Source of the DNA: a virus
Lineage: Duplodnaviria > Caudoviricetes
IMG/VR virus record: IMGVR_UViG_3300048851_000113
Coordinates: 1-61,636 of that record
Length of the DNA stretch: 61,636 bases
Reading direction: 5' to 3' (one strand)
Shown: positions 54,895-61,636 of the stretch, piece after piece
How the letters are laid out: each line of letters opens with the position of its first letter
Numbering within the stretch: position 1 is the first letter of the stretch
Translations under genes and position numbers: made by a program
Notes under the pieces: model-generated
Told to the model about the DNA's origin: nothing
The model's input: the letters and a program-made list of their open reading frames with translations, nothing else
The model's database searches: none

Positions 54895-56040
54895 ATGTCG
54901 ACTCCGCACGCCCTCATCATCGGCGGCTCGCTCGCCGGTCTTTTCACCGCCACGACACTGCGCGCCGCCGGCTGGCGCGTCGATGTCTACGAACGCTCAC
55001 CGCACGAGCTGGATAGCCGCGGCGGCGGCATCGTGCTGCAACCCGACGTGCTCGCCGCCTTCCGATTCGCCGGCATCGCGCCGCCGCACGCGCTAGGCGT
55101 GGCGTCTGGCGATCGGATCTACCTGGATCGCGACGACCGTGTTGTCCAGCGGACATTCATGCCACAGACGCAGACCTCGTGGAACACGCTGTACCGCACG
55201 CTGCTCGCGGCGCTTCCCGCCGATGCGGTCCATCGCGGCGAGACGTTGGCGCGCGTGGAGCAGACCGACGCGGGTGTCAGCGCGCACTTCGTGTCGGGTC
55301 GGGTGGCGACCGGCGACCTGCTCGTCGGCGCCGACGGCGGTCTGTCCACCGTGCGCAATCAGCTGGCGCCGGACGTGACGCCCGCGTATGCCGGCTATGT
55401 GGCGTGGCGCGGCCTTGCGCCCGAGGGGAGGGTGCCTACGCGCGCCGCGTCGGTCCTGGCGGGCACGTTCGCCTTCCAGCAAGGAGACGGGCACATGTTG
55501 CTGGCCTACCTCGTCCCCGGTGAAGACGGATCTACCGCGCCCGGCGAGCGGCGCTGGAACTGGGTCTGGTATCGACCCGTTGCTCCGCAGGACCTGCCCC
55601 GGCTGATGACGGACCGCCACGGGCGCGGGCACGCCTTCTCGCTGCCCCCGGGAGCCGCGAAGGAGGACGACATCGCGGCGCTTCGTCAGGCTGCGGCGGG
55701 GATGCTGGCCCCGAGTTTCCAGGATCTCGTCGGCGCCACCGACGAGCCGTTCGTGCAGGCGATTCTCGATCTCCAGTCCACGCAGATGGTGTTCGATCGC
55801 ATCGTGCTGGTGGGTGACGCCGCGTTCATTCCGCGGCCGCACACCGCCGGCAGCAGCGCGAAGGCAGCGGCCGACGCGTTGACCTTAGCCGTGGCGATGC
55901 AGTCGACGGCGGGGACACTCGCAGCTCGTCTGGAGGCATGGCAGACGGCCCGTCAGCGTGACGGGCGACACATGACGGAGTGGGGAATGGCCATGGGTGA
56001 GCGGATCATGGCCATCAGGGAGCATATACGGCCCGGGTGA
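54895..56040 (+). CDS. FAD-dependent monooxygenase (DhpH-like)
   Basis: IIGGSLAGL, VGADG, YVAWRG, GDAAF..RPH. Confidence 0.85.
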   Translation: MSTPHALIIGGSLAGLFTATTLRAAGWRVDVYERSPHELDSRGGGIVLQPDVLAAFRFAGIAPPHALGVASGDRIYLDRDDRVVQRTFMPQTQTSWNTLYRTLLAALPADAVHRGETLARVEQTDAGVSAHFVSGRVATGDLLVGADGGLSTVRNQLAPDVTPAYAGYVAWRGLAPEGRVPTRAASVLAGTFAFQQGDGHMLLAYLVPGEDGSTAPGERRWNWVWYRPVAPQDLPRLMTDRHGRGHAFSLPPGAAKEDDIAALRQAAAGMLAPSFQDLVGATDEPFVQAILDLQSTQMVFDRIVLVGDAAFIPRPHTAGSSAKAAADALTLAVAMQSTAGTLAARLEAWQTARQRDGRHMTEWGMAMGERIMAIREHIRPG

Positions 56041-56411
56041 ACTCCCCCGAATGGACGTGCCATTCCTCGTTCGGTCGGATGAAGACAAATCCACGTTGTT
56101 CGGCTACGACAGCGCCCGCATTTTTCTTGTCCAGACGCGTTTCCCGGCAACTGGAGCATAAGCGGGGCAACTGATCGGTAGCGCCTGTGGTGACGCCATG
56201 AGCCTGACATGGCGAATTCTTTAGCCCTTTTACATTCTCCGAAAAAACCGTCCATCAACACTTTTGCGAAGGAATTCAGAACATTTCAGCGAAGTTTTTC
56301 CATTAAATACATTTCGTAATATTTTTGCGGCGTCCGTGTTCGGGCGTTCGCGGACCTTTCCTGGTGCCGGACATGCCGGTCAGGCGATCTGTATTTGTGA
56401 GAAGTCGCGCG

Positions 56412-58193
56412 ATGTCGATCCTTCAACGCGGTGTACCCGCTGCTCTGAATCCCACCCCGGCACGGTCCGGCTCTCCCAGGCTGAGCTGGCTCGTTGTCGG
56501 CCTGCTGAGCCTGGCTGCCGGGCAGATGGCGTCCAGCGCCTATGCGCAAGGGGTGCCGCCTGCCATCCAGCAGATCGAGCGTATCCAGCAGGAGCAGCAG
56601 GAGCGCACTCAGCGCCAGTTCGACCTCGACCGCGAAAGCGCCCGGCCGCCGAGCAACCTGCAGCCCGCCGCACCGGTGGCACCGCAGCGCGGACGTGCGC
56701 CGTCCGTCTGCCGTGACATCCAGGTCATCACTTTCGACGGCGCCACGTCGATTCCCGCCGGCACGCAGGGCGAGCTCATCTCGCCGTATGCGGGCCAGTG
56801 CCTGGACGCCGGCAAGATCGAACTGCTGATGGGCGCCGTGACCGCCTGGTACATCAACGACGGCATGATCGCGGCGCGCGTGTATCTGGGGCCGCAGGAC
56901 CTCTCCACCGGCCGCCTCACCCTGACCGTCGTCGAGGGCGTGCTGGAAAAGATCCGCGTCGACGACAAGGACACCGGCAGCATCTCCACCCGGACTGCCT
57001 TCCCGGGAATGCTCGGCGAGCCGCTCAACCTGCGCGATGTCGAGCAGGGCCTCGACCAGATCAACCGCCTGCTGTCGAACGATGCCCGCATGTCGATCGA
57101 ACCGGGCAGCCAGGCCGGCGCGAGCGTGCTCGTCATCACGAACGAAGCCAAGAAGCGCTGGCGCGTGAATCTGTCGGCCGACAACACCGGCTCCGCCGGC
57201 ACCGGCCCGGCGCAGGGTTCCGTCGGCGTGTTCTTCGACAACCTGCTCGGTCTGAACGATTCGGTCAGCATCACCGACCGCCGCACGCTGGACCGCAAGG
57301 ACGGCACACGTGACTCGGTGTCCGACACCTTCAGCTACGTCGTGCCCTATGGCTACAACACGTTCAGCGTCGGCTTCAGCAAGTCCAGCTACAAGACGAT
57401 GTTCGCCTTGCCCGGCGGCACGCGCCTGACGTCCGATGGCGATTCGACCACGGCATTCCTGCGCGCCGACCGCGTCATGTTCCGCAATCGCGACCACCTG
57501 CTGACCCTGTCGGGCACGCTGACCCACAAAGACTCCAAGAACTACCTCGAGAAGCAATACCTCGACGTCAGCAGCCGTCAGCTCACCGTCGGCGATCTGG
57601 ACCTGTCGCTGCGCAGCGCCGCCTTCGGCGGCGTCGCGTTCCTGGGCGCCGGCTGGTCGCAAGGCCTCAACGCCCTCGGCGCGCTCGATGATGCGGGCGG
57701 CCTCCCCGACACCGCGCCGCGCGCGCAGTTCGGCAAGGCGCGTGTGTCCGCGACCTGGCTGCGTTCCTTCCCGCTCGAGGCGGGTCGCAGCATCGACGTC
57801 AGCAGCTCCTTCTCGGCCCAGTATTCGCGCGACGTGCTGTACGGCTCCGAGCAACTGCTGGTCGGCAGCGTCTACACCGTGCGCGGTTTCTCGCGCTACA
57901 GCGTGTCGAATGACAACGGCTACTTCATCCGCAACGACGTGGGCTTGCGCAACGCGTTCTCGCTCGGCGGCTACAGCGGCGACTGGCGCGTGTATGCCGG
58001 GCTGGATGCCGGCCACGTGAGCGGCCATCGCGGCGACGGTGACGCCGCCACGCTGTCCGGCGCGGCGCTGGGTGTCTCCGTCAAGCTCGGCCCGGCCTTG
58101 CTCGACACCTACGTCATGAAATCGCTCCATCGCCCCGACTGGATGCCGAACGAGGGCGCCCGCGTCCAGTTTGCCCTGTCGTACTCCTTCTGA
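56412..58193 (+). CDS. ShlB/FhaC/HecB two-partner secretion transporter (TpsB)
   Basis: Signal peptide, POTRA motif LNLRDVEQGLDQINRL, VRGF, terminal Phe. Confidence 0.92.
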   Translation: MSILQRGVPAALNPTPARSGSPRLSWLVVGLLSLAAGQMASSAYAQGVPPAIQQIERIQQEQQERTQRQFDLDRESARPPSNLQPAAPVAPQRGRAPSVCRDIQVITFDGATSIPAGTQGELISPYAGQCLDAGKIELLMGAVTAWYINDGMIAARVYLGPQDLSTGRLTLTVVEGVLEKIRVDDKDTGSISTRTAFPGMLGEPLNLRDVEQGLDQINRLLSNDARMSIEPGSQAGASVLVITNEAKKRWRVNLSADNTGSAGTGPAQGSVGVFFDNLLGLNDSVSITDRRTLDRKDGTRDSVSDTFSYVVPYGYNTFSVGFSKSSYKTMFALPGGTRLTSDGDSTTAFLRADRVMFRNRDHLLTLSGTLTHKDSKNYLEKQYLDVSSRQLTVGDLDLSLRSAAFGGVAFLGAGWSQGLNALGALDDAGGLPDTAPRAQFGKARVSATWLRSFPLEAGRSIDVSSSFSAQYSRDVLYGSEQLLVGSVYTVRGFSRYSVSNDNGYFIRNDVGLRNAFSLGGYSGDWRVYAGLDAGHVSGHRGDGDAATLSGAALGVSVKLGPALLDTYVMKSLHRPDWMPNEGARVQFALSYSF

Positions 58194-58242
58194 CGCCGCC
58201 TTCGCGCCCATCGTCCACCGACTACCTTAGCGTCCTCGAACC

Positions 58243-61200
58243 ATGAATCGCATCTACCGTCACGTCTGGAACAAGGCCCAGGGCCGCTACATCGTCGCCG
58301 CCGAAACCGCATCGTCGGGACGCGGCAGCCGCCGCGCCGCCGTCGGCTCCGGCGCCGTCCTCGGCGCCATGCTCACCGTGCTGTGCGTTGCCAACGCCTA
58401 CGGCCAGACTGTCGTGGCGCCGGGCGGATCGGCGGTCGTGTATCGCTCGGCCAACGGCGTCCAGATCATCAACATCGAGGCCGCCAATCAGGCCGGCCTG
58501 TCGCACAACCGGTACAACAACTACAACGTCGAACAGACGGGCGTGGTGCTGAACAATGGCAACGCAAGCCAGCTGTCGCGCAACTCGCAACTGGCCGGCC
58601 AGGTGCTGCACAACGCGAACCTGAGCGCGGAAGCCCGCGTCATCCTGAACGAAGTGGTTGCGCCCAATCGCAGCACCTTGCTCGGCTTCACCGAAGTCCT
58701 GGGCAGCCGCGCCGATGTGGTGCTGGCCAACCCGTGGGGCATCACCTGCGCCGGTTGCGGTTTCATCAACACCGACCGCGCCGTGCTCAGCACCGGCACC
58801 CCGCAGTTCGGTCCCAGCGGCAACCTGACCGAGTTCCGCACCATCGGCGGCGACATCCTGATCGAAGGCGCCGGCCTCGACGCGACCAGCACGCGCGCCA
58901 TCGACCTCGTTGCCCGCAGCATCCGCGTGAACGGCCAGATCTCGGCGGCCGACCTCGGCATCACCGCCGGCGCCAGCACCTGGAACTACGAGAACCGCAA
59001 CAGCCAGGTGATCGATGCCGGCGACAAGCCGCTGTACGCCATCGACTCCTCGCGCCTGGGCGGCATGTACGCCAACCGCATCGCCATCGTCGCCACCGAA
59101 AACGGCGTGGGCGTACGCATGATGGGTGACGTGGCCGCCAGCGCCGACGACTTCCAGATGGACGCCAACGGCCGCGTCGAGATCCTTGGACGCATGTCCG
59201 CCAAGCGCGACCTGCGCGTGCGGCAGTGGGGCACGCAAGGCGACGACGCCTTCCAGGTAAGCGGCACCGACGCCAGCCTGACGGCCGGTGCCACGATGCA
59301 TGTCATGGCCTCGGGCGGCCTCGTGCTGACCGACGCCACCATGAAGTCCGAAGGCGACATGATCGTCTCGGCCCAGCAGCTCATCGATCGCGCCGGTTCG
59401 CAGGCCAACGGCGCGCGCGCCGCCACCGGCAATCTGAACCTCGACGTGGCCAATGTCGCCACGATGAACAACACCAGCTGGAGCGCGCAGCAGGCGTTGC
59501 GCATCAACGCCGGCACCGTCGGCATCGGCGCGGATGGCGCCACGCTCGCCGCCGGCGCCAACACCGGCGCCGCCGATCGCGTGCTGGCCGTCGTTGCCAG
59601 CACGGGCGACATCGACCTGAGCGGCGCCAACGTGGCGGGTGCACAGGACGTGCGCATCACGTCGCAGAAGGGCGCCGTGCGAGTGGGCAAGAGCGATGCG
59701 CAGTCCGTCGCGGCCGGCCAGGATCTGACCGTCGCCGCCGCCACGCAAGTGGACAATCGCGGCACGCTGGGCGCCAAGCGCGCCCTGAGCGTGACCGGGG
59801 TCGACTCCGCCAAGACGCTCGCCGTGGTGAACCGCGGTGCCATCCAGTCGGACGGCATGGCCACGCTTGCCGGCGCGGGCGGCAAGAACACACTCACGCT
59901 GGACAACCAGGCCGGCGGCAGCATTGCCACGGCGGGTGCGCTGACCGTGACGAGCACGCAACTCGACAATGCCGGCATCGTGCAGTCCGGTGATGCCCTC
60001 ACGCTGACCGTCGCCGGCAAGGTGGCGAACACGGCGACGGGGCAGGTGCTGGGCCAGGGGATGGGCAGCGTCGTCAAGGTGAATGCCACCACGCTGGACA
60101 ACGCGGGCGTGATCCAGTCGAAGGGCGCGATCGGTGCCAAGGTGGCGGGTACGCTCACCCAGGCCGCGACGGGCGCCATTCAGACGCTGGGCACCGACCA
60201 GGCGGGCAGTGGCTGGTCGGTGGACCTCGACGCACAGCGCATCGACAACCTCGGCACGCTGAGCAGCGGCGGCCAGCTCACCGCGAAGGCCGCGACGACG
60301 CTCACCAACGCAGGCACGGTTCAATCGAAGGGCGCGATGGCCCTGTCGGCGGGCACTAGCATCACGCAGAGCAAGGCCGGCCAGATTCTGTCGGCCGACA
60401 CGGCGTCGCTGCAGACCGCCGCGCTGGACAACACCGGGCGCATCCAGGCAACGAAGACCCTGTCGATCGGCACCGGCGAGCAACGCACGCAGGTCGACAA
60501 CCGGGTCGACGGCGTGATCGCCGCCGACGCGCTCGACGCCTGGGTGTCCACTTTCGTCAACAGCGGCACGACGCAGGCCGACACCGGCACGGTGATCGAC
60601 GCCAGCAGCCGCATCAGCAATGCGACGGGCGCCACGCTGACGGCATCGCTCAATGGCAAGGCAGCCAGCATTCTCAACGCGACTGCCGGCGTCGCGAACG
60701 CAGGCACGATCAACAGCGTCGGCGCGCTGCGCGCAAGCGGCGCCGATGTCGAGAACACGGGCACCATCACCGGCAAGAGCTCGGTGCTGGCCACCGCGGT
60801 TCGAAGCTTCGTGAACAACGGCACCATTCAAAGCGGAAGCGGCGTGTCGGTCGGCGCCGCCAGCGCGGTCAACCGCGGCATGGTCGCTGCCGCGGACGGC
60901 GTGGTCATGTCGGTGACGGGCAACATCGAGAACCGCGGCACGCTGCACGGGGGGTCCGCTTCGCTCAATTCGAAGTCGCTGGAGAACTACGGCGACATCA
61001 AGACCACCAGCAGCGCCGCGCTCACGGCAACCGAATCGCTGCACAACGTCGGCAACGTGCTGAGCGGGACCACGGTCTCGCTGGTGAGCAACTCGCTGAC
61101 GAACCAGGGCAGCGGCCGGATCATCGCCGGCACCACGCTGACCGGACAGTCGGTGGCAGGTACCATGGCCTTCACCAATTCGGCGACCATGCAAGCCGGC

Positions 61201-61636
61201 ACCGACGTGCTGCTGGGATCGACCGCGCAGCGCGTGGCACTGGTCAATCAGGGCACCATCAGCGCCGGCGGCAACATGACCGCATACGGCACGAGCATCG
61301 TCAACGGCACCGGCGGCCGCATGCAGTGGGTCAAGAACGGCCTCATCGATGCCGACACGCTCAGCAACCAGGCGGCCACCTCGGTCATCGTCGGCAGCCT
61401 GGGCGATGGCTCCAGCACCGTCTACGGCAGCGAATACGTCCTCACGGGCGGGGCCTACAACAATGGCGCCATCCACTCCGGCGGCGACCTGACGCTGAAG
61501 GCGGCGACGTTCCAGAATACGAACACGTCCGGTCTGTCGGCGTTGAAGGACCTCAGCGTGACGGCCACGGCCGCCAGCAATGGCGCGATCGCGGCGCTGC
61601 GCAACGAAGGCGCGTTCTACGCCGGCCGCAACATGA
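58243..61636 (+). CDS. Filamentous haemagglutinin-family TpsA exoprotein, continues beyond the window
   Basis: Read directly (absent from the ORF track because no stop): MNRIYRHVWN extended signal peptide, GLSHNRY, NPWGITCAGCGFIN, LGGMYANRI, repeated LDNxG units. Confidence 0.92.
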   Translation, partial: MNRIYRHVWNKAQGRYIVAAETASSGRGSRRAAVGSGAVLGAMLTVLCVANAYGQTVVAPGGSAVVYRSANGVQIINIEAANQAGLSHNRYNNYNVEQTGVVLNNGNASQLSRNSQLAGQVLHNANLSAEARVILNEVVAPNRSTLLGFTEVLGSRADVVLANPWGITCAGCGFINTDRAVLSTGTPQFGPSGNLTEFRTIGGDILIEGAGLDATSTRAIDLVARSIRVNGQISAADLGITAGASTWNYENRNSQVIDAGDKPLYAIDSSRLGGMYANRIAIVATENGVGVRMMGDVAASADDFQMDANGRVEILGRMSAKRDLRVRQWGTQGDDAFQVSGTDASLTAGATMHVMASGGLVLTDATMKSEGDMIVSAQQLIDRAGSQANGARAATGNLNLDVANVATMNNTSWSAQQALRINAGTVGIGADGATLAAGANTGAADRVLAVVASTGDIDLSGANVAGAQDVRITSQKGAVRVGKSDAQSVAAGQDLTVAAATQVDNRGTLGAKRALSVTGVDSAKTLAVVNRGAIQSDGMATLAGAGGKNTLTLDNQAGGSIATAGALTVTSTQLDNAGIVQSGDALTLTVAGKVANTATGQVLGQGMGSVVKVNATTLDNAGVIQSKGAIGAKVAGTLTQAATGAIQTLGTDQAGSGWSVDLDAQRIDNLGTLSSGGQLTAKAATTLTNAGTVQSKGAMALSAGTSITQSKAGQILSADTASLQTAALDNTGRIQATKTLSIGTGEQRTQVDNRVDGVIAADALDAWVSTFVNSGTTQADTGTVIDASSRISNATGATLTASLNGKAASILNATAGVANAGTINSVGALRASGADVENTGTITGKSSVLATAVRSFVNNGTIQSGSGVSVGAASAVNRGMVAAADGVVMSVTGNIENRGTLHGGSASLNSKSLENYGDIKTTSSAALTATESLHNVGNVLSGTTVSLVSNSLTNQGSGRIIAGTTLTGQSVAGTMAFTNSATMQAGTDVLLGSTAQRVALVNQGTISAGGNMTAYGTSIVNGTGGRMQWVKNGLIDADTLSNQAATSVIVGSLGDGSSTVYGSEYVLTGGAYNNGAIHSGGDLTLKAATFQNTNTSGLSALKDLSVTATAASNGAIAALRNEGAFYAGRNM

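Overview
GC-rich betaproteobacterial (Burkholderiales-like, inferred from gene content) chromosomal window. Host genes on the left (partial ntrC, a zinc-type quinone oxidoreductase, an OsmB-like lipoprotein, a flavodoxin-like protein, xth) are followed by a ~48.6 kb lambda-like siphovirus prophage (~4452-53041). The prophage carries an early-left operon (xis, C5-methyltransferase, HNH, RdgC), an immunity region (Imm-SHOCT, CI, Cro, CII-like, five operators), replication genes with iterons, a Q-like regulator, an adenine methyltransferase, HicAB, lambda-type head genes, a long tail with several receptor-binding proteins, a lysis cassette and a LexA-box operon. Right of it lie LysR, a DsbA/FrnE protein, an FAD monooxygenase and a two-partner secretion locus (TpsB plus a TpsA that runs off the window). 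Most notable: (1) a two-frame, EcoHK31I-like cytosine methyltransferase whose nested alternative-frame chain carries four tandem WPTP modules, a candidate multi-specificity array; (2) no integrase, and two ends that look as if they belong to different integration systems (the xth 5' end and a tRNA-like 3' remnant); (3) a chained receptor-binding apparatus that includes an SGNH esterase spike; (4) structured non-coding leaders (boxA leader, methylase leader). All product calls come from motif recognition by eye; no database search was run.
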